Counted from the stretch's first letter, positions 1 through 9,437 are shown. The stretch: 64,000 nt of DNA from an uncultured Halobacteriales archaeon (GCA_964579125.1 CAZOFG010000006.1:15857-79856); one strand, 5' to 3'. Notes: generated from the sequence alone by a model not told the origin. A program made the numbers and translations.

Positions 1-1
1 C

Positions 2-523
2 GCGGCAATCACCGGTGCACTGTTGGGATTTTATTACGCACCCGCAACGGCTGGCGATCCGTCTGCTGCCTACAATCAGCTGTTGGTAATCATGGGTGAC
101 ATCAACTTCGGCTTCATGTTGCGCAGCATTCATCGCTGGTCGGCGCAGTTCATGCTGGCGGCGATTTTCCTCCACATGCTGCGAGTGTACTTCACTGGTG
201 CCTACAAGGAGCCTCGGGAGCTGAACTGGCTGATTGGCGTGGTCTTGTTGATTCTAACCCTCGGATTCGGGTACACGGGATATCTCCTCCCGTGGAATCA
301 GCTGTCGCTGTGGGCCGGCCGGATCGGTGTCGAGATGGCGATGGCGACGCCGTTAATTGGCGAGTGGATCGCCCAGTTGATTTTCGGTGGGTTCGAGCTG
401 GGACAGCCGACACTGATGCGGATGTATATCCTCCATGTGTTCTTCCTCCCGTTCATCGTGACGGGGTTGATCGCGGTCCATCTCGGGATCGTTTGGATGC
501 AAGGGATCGCCGAACCACACTAG
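2..523 (+). CDS. petB: Cytochrome b (b6-like) subunit of the haloarchaeal bc complex, 5'-truncated by the window edge
   Basis: Frame is open from base 2 (AAITGALLGFYY...). Heme-ligand His in SIHRWSAQFM, FLHMLRVYF, ILHVFFLP and VHLGIVW; EPRELNW and GYLLPW motifs. Confidence 0.93.
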   Translation, partial: AAITGALLGFYYAPATAGDPSAAYNQLLVIMGDINFGFMLRSIHRWSAQFMLAAIFLHMLRVYFTGAYKEPRELNWLIGVVLLILTLGFGYTGYLLPWNQLSLWAGRIGVEMAMATPLIGEWIAQLIFGGFELGQPTLMRMYILHVFFLPFIVTGLIAVHLGIVWMQGIAEPH

Positions 524-524
524 C

Positions 525-1301
525 ATGACCGAAGAAAACCCCACTCCACGGACCGACGGCGGCGGATCGGGCACGGTACCCCCGGATGACCAGACGCCCA
601 CGTGGCAAGAGCGCAAAGAACGGACGGAGGGCCTTGCACGGGTCACCTACGAGTATTTCGAACGCGGTCGCCTCGAGGACCAACGCCTCAGAGAGGAGTC
701 GAATTATCTCGAACGCGACGTGTTGGGCTTTCCGACCTGGCCACACGAAACGCTTCGCAATTTGGCTATCGCCACGTTCTTCGTCGGGATCATCATCGCC
801 GTTTCGGCGACGTTGCCTCCACATTTCGGTGATCCGGCCGACCCCAGCGTAACGCCGGAAGTGATCGTTCCTGATTGGTACCTCTACTGGTCCTTCGGCC
901 TCCTGCAACTGGAGGCCATCAATCCAGGCTTAGCGATTCTCGACGGGAGTTCACTCGTCAGCGATCAGCTCTATGGTCTGTTGGCGAATGGAGCGGTCAT
1001 CGGTGCCATCGTGATCGTACCGTTTTTGAACCGAGGCACCGCCAGACGACCGGTTGAGGAGCCCTTCTGGGCCGCTGTTGGTGTCTTTGGAGTCACCTTC
1101 GCGTTCACCATCAGTGCCTTGTCGATCGATCAAATCATTTCCAGTCGGGTACCAGGGATCTCCCCGCCACTGTTGTTCGATCTCACGTTCATCCTGCCAG
1201 TGGTCGCCGCTGCGATCGCGTATGCGGTATTGAAGTCGATGCGAGAGGGCTATATGTACGAGTTGAACCGCCGATATTATCGGCTTCGGCCACCCCGTTG
1301 A
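525..1301 (+). CDS. petD: Cytochrome bc complex subunit IV (PetD-like, C-terminal half of a split cytochrome b)
   Basis: GFPTWPHE, PADP...IVPDWYLYW (PEWY-type Qo motif) and PFLNRG...RRPVEEP; starts 1 nt after the petB stop. Confidence 0.9.
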   Translation: MTEENPTPRTDGGGSGTVPPDDQTPTWQERKERTEGLARVTYEYFERGRLEDQRLREESNYLERDVLGFPTWPHETLRNLAIATFFVGIIIAVSATLPPHFGDPADPSVTPEVIVPDWYLYWSFGLLQLEAINPGLAILDGSSLVSDQLYGLLANGAVIGAIVIVPFLNRGTARRPVEEPFWAAVGVFGVTFAFTISALSIDQIISSRVPGISPPLLFDLTFILPVVAAAIAYAVLKSMREGYMYELNRRYYRLRPPR

Positions 1302-1310
1302 GGGTGGGCC

Positions 1311-1613
1311 ATGGCCAGCGAAGATTCCGATGATGGTCGCCGCCACGTGCCCGTGCCGCTCGCGATTTACAAGGTCGTTACGACGGTGACGACTCTCCTT
1401 GGTGTCGTCGGCGTGGTTGCCGGCCTCAGTTTGATCGATCGTGGCACCGATCGGGGCGGTGCGGCTCCGGATGAAATCAACGTACCCCTCACGGTACTCG
1501 GCGTGGGGTTGATCCTCGGTGCAGCCCTCATGTACATCTTCTCAACCCGGTTCCGGCCTGTCGAAAGAACAAACGATAAGACACCGTCAACCGAATCGGA
1601 TGACAATGGCTGA
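1311..1613 (+). CDS. Small 2-TM membrane protein of the haloarchaeal bc cluster (DUF7315-like)
   Basis: VPLAIYKVVT motif, two hydrophobic segments, operonic with petD. Confidence 0.75.
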   Translation: MASEDSDDGRRHVPVPLAIYKVVTTVTTLLGVVGVVAGLSLIDRGTDRGGAAPDEINVPLTVLGVGLILGAALMYIFSTRFRPVERTNDKTPSTESDDNG

Positions 1614-1875
1614 TGAATTTATCAAGGGCCTGGCGATCTTTTCCGGCGCTGGGCTGGCGTGGATGGTCCTCGCCGGCTGGTTTCGGACGCCATCCTTTGA
1701 GGGACCCCAACTATTCGGACCTCGCCCGGAGGATCCCGATATGCTGGTTTCGTGGGCGCTAACGCTGGCCGATGTTTTCTTCTGGGTGGCGATTTTCGGG
1801 GCCGTGACGTTTTGGTTCGTGATTCCACTGGCTCGAGAGGGGTATTCTTATTGGGAGACTCGGGCTGAATCATAA
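1606..1875 (+). CDS. Small 2-TM membrane protein (DUF7314-like)
   Basis: MADEFIKGLAIFSGAGLAWMVLAGWFRTPSFE is a recognisable haloarchaeal family start. ATG at 1606 overlaps the upstream stop; the track start at 1519 is over-extended. Confidence 0.78.
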   Translation: MADEFIKGLAIFSGAGLAWMVLAGWFRTPSFEGPQLFGPRPEDPDMLVSWALTLADVFFWVAIFGAVTFWFVIPLAREGYSYWETRAES

Positions 1876-1907
1876 GGCTGCTTCTCCGACCCCGTCGACT
1901 TCCCGAT

Positions 1908-2345
1908 TTAGCTGGCGAAGATGGCCTCCCAGACCGGTTCGATGACGAAAAACAGCGAGAGATAAAACGCATAGACGAACACCAGACCTGAGAGCACCAA
2001 TGCGGCTTTGGGGGTATCCAGGGCACGACCATTTCGAGCCTCGACTTGCCGGGCTTCGAATTCGAAGAAGTCGGTGATCACCAATCCGAGCACGAGAACC
2101 GTCATGACGACACCGCCATGGTAATCGACACTCAAGAAATACAAGCTGGCCAGCACCATGACGACGTTGGACGCCACGTGTGCGGGGTGCCGTGAGAGGT
2201 GGTCGGCCCCCTCGGCAACAGCTTGTCGATGCCGTCGATGCTGAAAATATCGGGTGGCGAGGTTCAGCACGACCACACCCATTAGGAGATACTCGATGAC
2301 GGGCTCGAGCGCATCGATTGGCCCCAGCATCGAGGACGGGTCCAT
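1908..2345 (-). CDS. Membrane protein (DUF7313-like)
   Basis: Four hydrophobic segments, NLATRYFQHRRH and DFFEFEARQVEAR motifs; ATG at 2345 chosen as start. Confidence 0.75.
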   Translation of the reverse strand: MDPSSMLGPIDALEPVIEYLLMGVVVLNLATRYFQHRRHRQAVAEGADHLSRHPAHVASNVVMVLASLYFLSVDYHGGVVMTVLVLGLVITDFFEFEARQVEARNGRALDTPKAALVLSGLVFVYAFYLSLFFVIEPVWEAIFAS

Positions 2346-2411
2346 GACCGATACCACTCGTGTCCGGCTTTTGTGCTTTTCCAATCGCCCGTGGACGATG
2401 GCTCAATGGGG

Positions 2412-4214
2412 CTACCGCCGGGAGGGGACTTCTCCAGAGGGTTGATGGTCGCGACTTTCTCGCATGACGGTGACCAGGGACACGTTCAACGCCCCGGTGG
2501 CGATGACGCCACCCGTCGCCGTGACAAGGTTTTTGAGCGCGTGATCGACGATTGCGGCCGCGATGGCAACGTCGACACCGATGGGTGTGAGGCCGACCAA
2601 CAAGATAGCAAAACCCGCCTCGTACAGGCCGATCCCACCGGGGGAGAGCGGGACGACTTTCGCGAGGTTGCCGACGCTGATTGCGAGGAAGCCGGCAACG
2701 AGCAACGTCCCCAGATCGATACCGGTCCCGAACGCGGCGATGACCAACACGGCCGTGAGCACGTCTATCGACCAAATAAGGAGACTCGCCACGCCGATTC
2801 GACTCATCGAACGGGGATTCGTCGAGACGTGTCTCACTTCGCCGAGGAATCGGCTCATGAGATCAACTGCCCGACCGAGTTTGCCGGACGGATCCGGACG
2901 TATCCGCTTGAGATATCGGTCGTCGATGTGAGTACTTGCGAGCAAGAGGAGAAAGCCCAGAATTGCAACCACCGCCACACCGAGTGAGACCGCGAGGGCG
3001 GTCGCACCACCACCGACCGCTGGATCGGCCACGATGGATTCGAACGTCGAGGTTCCCCGCGTGAGGAGTAGCCCCAGTCCGACGCCACCCGCGAGGAGCG
3101 TGATCGTTAACAGATCGAAGATCCGTTCGACCGCCAAGGAGGCAAAGCCGGTCGCGTAGGGAACATCGCGCCGTGCATTGATGATATACGCACGGATCGC
3201 ATCCCCCATGCGGGCCGGTACGAGGAGATTCCCGGTCTGACTGATGAAAATCGCCCCGGTCAGAAATCCAGCGCGTTCGCGGAATCCTAGGCCGATGAGA
3301 ATGTCACGATACCGAAGCCCTCTGATCGGCCACGAAAGTAGATAGACAGCCACGGCTGCGGCCAACAGGAGCGGATTCATCGAGGCCATATGGTCGACAA
3401 CGGCCTGGGGGTCGGTCACCCGGGTCAATACGAGATATCCCAAGGCGACGGTCAGCACGAGAGCAATCGGGCCGCGAAGCCGCCACACGGTCGGTCGGAT
3501 CCGCAGTCGCCACCAAAGCCCGAGAAGTTGGCTTCCCATTCGGATGGCATCACGCGGGACGCTCACGGTCGAGTCGCCTTGTGGTTCCCACTGAACCGGA
3601 AGTTCATGGACGCGATAGCCCGATCGTTGCGCCCGGACGAGGATCTCCGTATCCCAGAACCAGTGATCGGCCTCGACGTCCTCGATGAGTTCGGAAAGCA
3701 CCGCCCGGTCGAACGCTTTGAACCCGCATTGGTGATCTCGAATCTCCGAACCGAGCAGCCCCCGAACCAGTCCATTGTAAATCCGACTCGGCAGTGCCCG
3801 GCCGAGGGGGCGGTCGGCTGTACTGTCTGGGAGCATTCGCGACCCGGTCACGACGTCGTACTCGTCCGTGCTGATCGCCTCGATCAGCGCGTCAAGATGG
3901 TCGAGATCGGTCGCGAGATCCGTATCGAAATAGACGAACACCTCTCCCTGGGCCGTATCGACTGCTCGACGAAGTGCTTCACCACGACCAAGGCGCGTTG
4001 GGCTGTGAAGATGTCGAACACGATCGTCACCCTCGGCTAGGTCGGCTGCGACCTCGGGTGTGCCATCCGAACAGCCGTCTTCGGCGATGATGACCTCGAA
4101 CCCGTTTGGGAGGGCCATCGATTCGAGGGCGGTTACCGTCGCGTCGACGGTCGCCGGGAGGGTGTCGGCTTCGTTGTAGGCGGGGAGTGCGACACTCACA
4201 TCGAGAGACGGCAT
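2412..4214 (-). CDS. aglD: GT2 dolichol-phosphate glycosyltransferase fused to an LPG-synthase/flippase-like TM domain (AglD-like)
   Basis: N-terminal LPAYNEA, IIAEDGCSDGT, YFDTDLATD, DHQCGFKAF and WFWDTE; C-terminal multi-TM domain with PARMGD and PLSPGGIG. Confidence 0.85.
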   Translation of the reverse strand: MPSLDVSVALPAYNEADTLPATVDATVTALESMALPNGFEVIIAEDGCSDGTPEVAADLAEGDDRVRHLHSPTRLGRGEALRRAVDTAQGEVFVYFDTDLATDLDHLDALIEAISTDEYDVVTGSRMLPDSTADRPLGRALPSRIYNGLVRGLLGSEIRDHQCGFKAFDRAVLSELIEDVEADHWFWDTEILVRAQRSGYRVHELPVQWEPQGDSTVSVPRDAIRMGSQLLGLWWRLRIRPTVWRLRGPIALVLTVALGYLVLTRVTDPQAVVDHMASMNPLLLAAAVAVYLLSWPIRGLRYRDILIGLGFRERAGFLTGAIFISQTGNLLVPARMGDAIRAYIINARRDVPYATGFASLAVERIFDLLTITLLAGGVGLGLLLTRGTSTFESIVADPAVGGGATALAVSLGVAVVAILGFLLLLASTHIDDRYLKRIRPDPSGKLGRAVDLMSRFLGEVRHVSTNPRSMSRIGVASLLIWSIDVLTAVLVIAAFGTGIDLGTLLVAGFLAISVGNLAKVVPLSPGGIGLYEAGFAILLVGLTPIGVDVAIAAAIVDHALKNLVTATGGVIATGALNVSLVTVMRESRDHQPSGEVPSRR

Positions 4215-4258
4215 ACCTTACCTGAAATCGCGAGTGGAATCGGAAAGAAGGTTCCGAC

Positions 4259-5371
4259 TTAGGAGGTCTCCTCATCCAATTCATCCAGTTCCTCGTCCAT
4301 CTCCTGGATGACCTCCTCTGCGCTTTTGATCGACTCGTCCGTGGTGGCCTCGACGTCTTCGACTTCGTCCACGGCCTCGTCGTCGAGGTCCGAAATGAGT
4401 TCTTCGATGTCGTCGATTCCCAGGAGCTCGCGCGTTTCGTCATCGAATTCGAGACTATCTAGCGCTTCCCCCACGGTTTTGACGTCACTCCCGGTCAGGT
4501 GTTTCCCGTATCGACCGACGAGCGAGGATAGTTCCTGTGGCAGGACGAACGTCGTCGACTCGCTTTGACCGAGTTCTTCCAATGCCTCGAAACTGCGGTC
4601 GATCACCGCCCGTTCGCCCATCGCCTCAGCTGATTTGGCACGGAGCACCGTCGAAATCGCCTCCCCTTGGGACTCGAGAATTTCGCTCATTTTCTCCCCT
4701 TGGGCCCGAATGATGTTCGAGCGCTTTTCTCCCTGGGCCTTCTCGATGGCGGATCGCCGTTCGCCCTGCGCCTCGAGAATCATCGCGCGTCGGCGCCGCT
4801 CGGCGCTGGTCTGTTGCTCCATGGCCTCCTGGACATCTCTGGAGGGATTGACTTCGCGAACCTCGACGCTTTCGACTCTGATACCCCACTCGTCGGTCGG
4901 TTCGTCGAGTTCGCGCCGGATTTTCGCGTTGATCTCCTGGCGTTTGTTGAGCGTATCGTCGAGTTCCATGTCACCGAGGACGGCTCGAAGCGTCGTTTGG
5001 GCGAGATTCGAAACGGCCCGTTTGTAGTCGTCGACTTCGAGGAAGGCTTTGCGGGCGTCCATTACTTTGATGTACACGACAGCGTCGGCCGTTACCGGCG
5101 AATTGTCGCGGGTGATGGCCTCTTGTCGGGGCACATCGAGCGTTTGCGTTCGCATATCGAACCGATACGTGCGGCTGACAAACGGGGGGACGAAGTTGAT
5201 CCCCGGCTCGAGAAGTTTGCGGTATTCGCCGAAGACCGTCAGGGCGCGCTTCTCGTATGCATCGACGATTTCGACCGCACTGTTGACGGTCAATACCGCC
5301 AACAGGAGGACGATCACGCCGATGATCGTCACCTCCCAACCCTGGATGAGAAGCACGAGATCTGGTATCAT
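4259..5371 (-). CDS. SPFH/stomatin (band 7) family membrane protein
   Basis: Single N-terminal TM, LLEPGINFVPPF, QEAITRDNSPVTADAV, DEWGIRVESVEV, coiled-coil AERRRRA; acidic tail. Confidence 0.93.
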   Translation of the reverse strand: MIPDLVLLIQGWEVTIIGVIVLLLAVLTVNSAVEIVDAYEKRALTVFGEYRKLLEPGINFVPPFVSRTYRFDMRTQTLDVPRQEAITRDNSPVTADAVVYIKVMDARKAFLEVDDYKRAVSNLAQTTLRAVLGDMELDDTLNKRQEINAKIRRELDEPTDEWGIRVESVEVREVNPSRDVQEAMEQQTSAERRRRAMILEAQGERRSAIEKAQGEKRSNIIRAQGEKMSEILESQGEAISTVLRAKSAEAMGERAVIDRSFEALEELGQSESTTFVLPQELSSLVGRYGKHLTGSDVKTVGEALDSLEFDDETRELLGIDDIEELISDLDDEAVDEVEDVEATTDESIKSAEEVIQEMDEELDELDEETS

Positions 5372-5409
5372 AGCCCGCTCTACCGGGACTGTCGGCAAAA
5401 GGGTTCCCT

Positions 5410-5910
5410 TCAGGATTCGCCGTCGTTTGAGGCCATTGTACCGTCGGTCTCGACCGGCTCGACGATGAGAACGTTTCCGCCGCCAGGATCGACAACGCGC
5501 GCTCGGGTGCCCTCGGGAATGGGCGCCCCGGTACTACGACAGCGAAAATGTGGGTCGAAGCCGCCGTTTTCGAGTTTGATTTCTCCGCCCGTTTCGGTGA
5601 CGCGCTCCGTGACGAAGCCCGTCTGGCCAATTAAACTCGCCGAATCACTCGTTTGTTCGCGGCCTTTTCCGCCGTACAGATCGAGTCGCTGATACCCATA
5701 CAGCGTGATCGCGCCGAAGAGAAGGATGAGACCGGCTTGCGCAATCGGCGTCGCGAGACTGGGTTCGAGAAGTCCGACCAGCCCCGCCCCCATCATGGCG
5801 ATGCCAATGACAATGAGGTTCGCCCCCGGCGCAACCGCCTCGAGGGCCATTAACACCAGTCCGATCAGGACGACGATGGCGGCCAACTCGAACCCGAAGA
5901 CGGTTACCAT
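5410..5910 (-). CDS. NfeD-like membrane protein (SPFH partner)
   Basis: Three TM helices then an OB-like domain (LIGQTGFVTE...GEIKL...VVDPGGGNVLIVEP); directly upstream of the SPFH gene. Confidence 0.88.
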   Translation of the reverse strand: MVTVFGFELAAIVVLIGLVLMALEAVAPGANLIVIGIAMMGAGLVGLLEPSLATPIAQAGLILLFGAITLYGYQRLDLYGGKGREQTSDSASLIGQTGFVTERVTETGGEIKLENGGFDPHFRCRSTGAPIPEGTRARVVDPGGGNVLIVEPVETDGTMASNDGES

Positions 5911-5957
5911 ACGTTCACTCCAGAGCCCCACCAAATAACGCTTGGCGGTTACACCGT

Positions 5958-6098
5958 TTACCCGAGGAAGCCCGTATAGAGCCGCCAAAAGACCCCCAGA
6001 GTCAGAACGACGCCAAGGACGACGAAGACGACGTGTTCGAGCCGTGGGTGTCCTGCCCGAAGCCGATCCCGGTCTCTATCGCCGGCGTCGGCTCCCAT
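5958..6098 (-). CDS. 46-aa single-TM small protein (DUF7312-like), absent from the ORF track
   Basis: Hand translation MGADAGDRDRDRLRAGHPRLEHVVFVVLGVVLTLGVFWRLYTGFLG; ATG lies 2 nt after the metG stop and the ORF fills an otherwise empty spacer. Confidence 0.7.
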   Translation of the reverse strand: MGADAGDRDRDRLRAGHPRLEHVVFVVLGVVLTLGVFWRLYTGFLG

Positions 6099-6100
6099 GC

Positions 6101-8146
6101 TTACAGCACCTTGCTTCCAAGGGGAGCGTCGCCGATCGTCGTCAATAGATCGGCTTCCTCACCCGCGGCAAGGACCATCCCATTGCTCTCGACACCGAAA
6201 ATCTCCGCTCGCTCAAGGTTGGCTACGACGACTACGCGCTGTCCCTCGAGGTCCTCGAGGTCGTAGTGGGGTTTGAGCCCCGCGACGATCTGTCGTGTTT
6301 CCAGCCCGAGATCCACAGTCAGTTTGACGAGTTCGTCCGCACCCTCGATCGACGCTGCCTCACGGATCGCACCGACGCGCAAATCGAGGTCCTGGAAGTC
6401 CTGGATCGAGACACGTTCATCGGCGATCGGTTCGAGCTCTGCGGATGAGCCTATCGCATCTCCGTCACCTCCGTCTTCGATCCGAGCTGCTAACTCTTCG
6501 GACAACGAGTCGATCAGCTCTTCATCGAGTGCCTCGACGAGTTCTCGTGGTTCGGAGAATTCCGATGGCGGGGCCGATACGGCGTCTGCTATCGTCGCCT
6601 CAGTGAGCGATGCAGGTTCATCGAGTTGTTGCCAGATGCGATCCGATAAGCGCGGTAGTACGGGCGAGCCCAGCACCGCGATCGCCTTGACGAGGTGGAC
6701 ACAGTCCCGAATCACCGTTGCGGCGGCTTCTGGATCGTCGTCGACGAGATGCCATGGTTCGTGGCGTTGAATGTATTCGTTGCCAAATCGGGCGAGTTCG
6801 AGTGGGATTTCGGCGAACGTCCGAGGGGTGTGCTCGGCGATCGCCGTCTCGAAGCGCTCCTGTTGGGTTTCGATTTCTGCGATCACTTCATCCGATGGCT
6901 CGGCATCCGGCGTCCCATCGAATTGGCGATACGCGAACAGGAGGGATCGGTAGACGAAGTTCCCGAGGTCGTTCACGAGGTCGTCCTGGACGACGTCGGC
7001 GAAGCGATCCCAGGTGAAATCGATGTCCTGCTGGAACCGACCACTGCTCAAGAGGTAGTATCGGAGGAAGTCAGGACTGAATCCTGCATCCAGGTATTCA
7101 TCAACCCAAACCGCCCGATTGCGACTCGTCGAGAAACTTTCGCCATCGATGTTAATGAAGCCACTTGCCAGCACGGCTCTCGGTTCCGTATACTTTGCAA
7201 CGTGGAGCATCGCTGGCCAAAAGACCGTATGATGTTGAATGATGTCACGGCCGATGACGTGGACGATCTCGCCATCATCTCGCCAGGCCTGTGCCCAATC
7301 AAATGTGTCCGCACCTACCCGTTCGGTGTATTGCTTGGTACTCGAAATGTACTCGATCGGGGCGTCGACCCAGACGTACAGCACGAGGTCGGAGGCGCCC
7401 TCGTCAGGATAGGGAATACCCCAGTCGAGATCGCGAGTAATGCACCAATCGCGTAATTCGCCCTCGATCCACTCTCTAGGTTGGTTCTTTGCGTTATCGG
7501 TCCCCTCAAGTCGGTCGATGAACTCCTGCAGATACTCCTGCAGATCGGAGAGTCGGAAGAATTTGTGTTGGCGGGTCCGATACTCGGCGGGTTCGCCCGA
7601 AGCGACACTCACGGGATCTTCGATTTCGCCCGGTTCGAGGTGTCGGCCACAGCCTTCGTCACACTCATCGCCTCGAGCATGCGCCCCACAGTACGGGCAG
7701 GTCCCCTCAACGTACCGATCGGGAAGTGGCATCTCCAGGCTCGGATCCCACGCCACCTCGATCTCGCGATCGTAGATATATCCTTTCTCGTCGAGGGTTT
7801 CGACGATTTCGGTCGTTACTGCCTGGTTCATCTCGTCGTGCGTGTGCCCGTAATTGTCGAACTGGATGTCGAGTTTCGGATATCGGTCCGCATACTCTTC
7901 GTGCCATCGCATCGCGAAACGCTCCGGATCAATGCCTTCCTGTTGGGCATTCACCGTAACCGGCGTTCCATGCATATCCGACCCACAGACGAAGGCGGTT
8001 TGTTGCCCGGCCAATCGATAGGCACGGGCGATCGTATCACCACTCAAAAGCGTCCGCATGTGACCGATGTGTAAGGGCCCGTTGGCGTAGGGCAACCCAC
8101 AGGTCACGACGGCCGGAGCGTCCGTGGGGAGCGACTCCCGATCCAT
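6101..8146 (-). CDS. metG: Methionine--tRNA ligase
   Basis: LPYANGPLHIGH, CGSDMHG, Zn knuckle CPYC...CDEGC, WVDAP, GRDIIQHH, C-terminal tRNA-binding OB domain. Confidence 0.97.
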   Translation of the reverse strand: MDRESLPTDAPAVVTCGLPYANGPLHIGHMRTLLSGDTIARAYRLAGQQTAFVCGSDMHGTPVTVNAQQEGIDPERFAMRWHEEYADRYPKLDIQFDNYGHTHDEMNQAVTTEIVETLDEKGYIYDREIEVAWDPSLEMPLPDRYVEGTCPYCGAHARGDECDEGCGRHLEPGEIEDPVSVASGEPAEYRTRQHKFFRLSDLQEYLQEFIDRLEGTDNAKNQPREWIEGELRDWCITRDLDWGIPYPDEGASDLVLYVWVDAPIEYISSTKQYTERVGADTFDWAQAWRDDGEIVHVIGRDIIQHHTVFWPAMLHVAKYTEPRAVLASGFINIDGESFSTSRNRAVWVDEYLDAGFSPDFLRYYLLSSGRFQQDIDFTWDRFADVVQDDLVNDLGNFVYRSLLFAYRQFDGTPDAEPSDEVIAEIETQQERFETAIAEHTPRTFAEIPLELARFGNEYIQRHEPWHLVDDDPEAAATVIRDCVHLVKAIAVLGSPVLPRLSDRIWQQLDEPASLTEATIADAVSAPPSEFSEPRELVEALDEELIDSLSEELAARIEDGGDGDAIGSSAELEPIADERVSIQDFQDLDLRVGAIREAASIEGADELVKLTVDLGLETRQIVAGLKPHYDLEDLEGQRVVVVANLERAEIFGVESNGMVLAAGEEADLLTTIGDAPLGSKVL

Positions 8147-8203
8147 GCTAGCTGATTGATCGGGGCCAATGAATAAAGTCGCCGAAAGCGCTTGCTCCGG
8201 GGG

Positions 8204-8755
8204 TTACGCCTCTCGTTCCGATAATCGAGCAGCGAGATCGGCTTCGGTTACGATCCCGACCGGCGACCCGGCTTCAGAGACGAGAGCTGCCCGCGCGTGT
8301 TCGAGGAGGGTCGCCAGTTCGGCATATGGTGTCTCCGGGGAGACGGTTGGAAACGGTTCTTGCATGTGTTCCTTTACGGGATCGGCCCGTGCTTCATCAG
8401 CAAGTGCGGCGAGGTCCCCTAACGTAATACTCCCCACGGCGACGCCGTCTTCGACAACCGGTAACTGCGAATAGGCCGCTTCGTTCATTTGCTCGGCAGC
8501 GACACCGACAGGGTCGTTTGCGTCCACTGTCCTCACGGGGGTGGTCATCAAATCCCGAGCCCGAACGACCTCCCCTTCCGCCGAATCTAACGCTTCAATA
8601 ACGCGGCGCAATGTGGACAACCGTGGATCAACGTCACCGCTTTCGATTCGTGCCACTAACGGCTGTGATACGTCGGCTGCGTCGGCTACCTCCCGCTGCG
8701 TGAGATCGAGGTCCTCCCGTCGTTGACGGATGTCTGCGGGCGTCGGGAGTTCCAT
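8204..8755 (-). CDS. Xre/Cro HTH + tandem CBS domain transcriptional regulator
   Basis: LTQREVADAADVSQPLVARIESGDVDPRLST HTH followed by two CBS repeats (YSQLPVV, GIVTEAD). Confidence 0.92.
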   Translation of the reverse strand: MELPTPADIRQRREDLDLTQREVADAADVSQPLVARIESGDVDPRLSTLRRVIEALDSAEGEVVRARDLMTTPVRTVDANDPVGVAAEQMNEAAYSQLPVVEDGVAVGSITLGDLAALADEARADPVKEHMQEPFPTVSPETPYAELATLLEHARAALVSEAGSPVGIVTEADLAARLSEREA

Positions 8756-8760
8756 GCAAA

Positions 8761-8777
8761 TACCATAACTTGTGGTA
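8761..8777. promoter_or_regulatory. Near-perfect 17-bp palindrome, candidate autoregulatory operator of the HTH-CBS gene
   Basis: TACCATAACTTGTGGTA has 7 of 8 arm positions complementary and lies 5 nt upstream of the ATG at 8755, next to an AT-rich TATA-like stretch. Confidence 0.55.
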
Positions 8778-8782
8778 ATAAA

Positions 8783-9157
8783 TTAAGCGTTCCGACCGTT
8801 GTCTCCTTCGTCGTCTTCCAATTCGACCGTCTCAACGACGGTTAATGGAACATCGCGCAATGCCGACCCGATTTCTTTCTTCGCAATCCGACGCGCATGA
8901 TCCGTTCCATCCGCATTGAAGACGTCCATTTCGAGCGCCAATCCGACGAGTGCGGTGTCGGCCGCCACGAATGCCGAGTCGAACGGTTCACCGCAGATGG
9001 GACAGCCAGTAACTCCGACGTTCACGTCGACGTAATCCATCTCGGCGTGATTGAGTTGTTTGCCAGCTTCGCTGACAGCGACACCAATTGCATCGTCCAC
9101 GTCGTCCACGTCCCGAACCAACCAGGCGGCTTCCAAGACCACTGCGTAATCTCCCAT
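8783..9157 (-). CDS. DUF555 (UPF0212) family protein
   Basis: YAVVLEAAWLV...DAIGVAVSEAGK and CPICGEPFDSAF...ARRIAKKEIG. Confidence 0.9.
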   Translation of the reverse strand: MGDYAVVLEAAWLVRDVDDVDDAIGVAVSEAGKQLNHAEMDYVDVNVGVTGCPICGEPFDSAFVAADTALVGLALEMDVFNADGTDHARRIAKKEIGSALRDVPLTVVETVELEDDEGDNGRNA

Positions 9158-9392
9158 ACCAAAGGTCTCGGGCCTCGTGCGGTCGTGCTTTTTGGTTTGG
9201 CTTATGCGGGCTTTTGCGAACGTAACTGATATTATTCACCCGTAATGCGTTGCTCATTCTAATTGGCTATCGACGACTCATTCGTTTGGACCTTAGTCTC
9301 TTGTAAAGAAGTAGCTTTCAATAGGTCACCGTAAACGGGCTCGCGCGACCCTTATTCGGTTGATTTTGTCAGTCGATGTCTACCCTGGTGGA

Positions 9393-9406
9393 GAAAAGCT
9401 TATAAG
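9393..9406 (+). promoter_or_regulatory. BRE-TATA promoter for the small ORF at 9438
   Basis: Purine-rich GAAAAG followed by CTTATAAG, about 32-38 nt upstream of ATG 9438. Confidence 0.55.
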
Positions 9407-9437
9407 ACCGTCCTGCTGAGAGGCGGGGTACACCAGC

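Noticed and set aside
1870-2775. 301-aa minus-strand Arg-rich ORF
   Set aside because: Alternative frame over the DUF7313-like gene and aglD; Arg/Pro-rich, non-halophilic composition.
4667-5692. 341-aa plus-strand ORF
   Set aside because: Antisense shadow of the well-supported SPFH/NfeD genes with no recognisable motif; long antisense frames are common at high GC.
6695-8074. 253-aa and 197-aa plus-strand ORFs
   Set aside because: Antisense to metG; no motifs.
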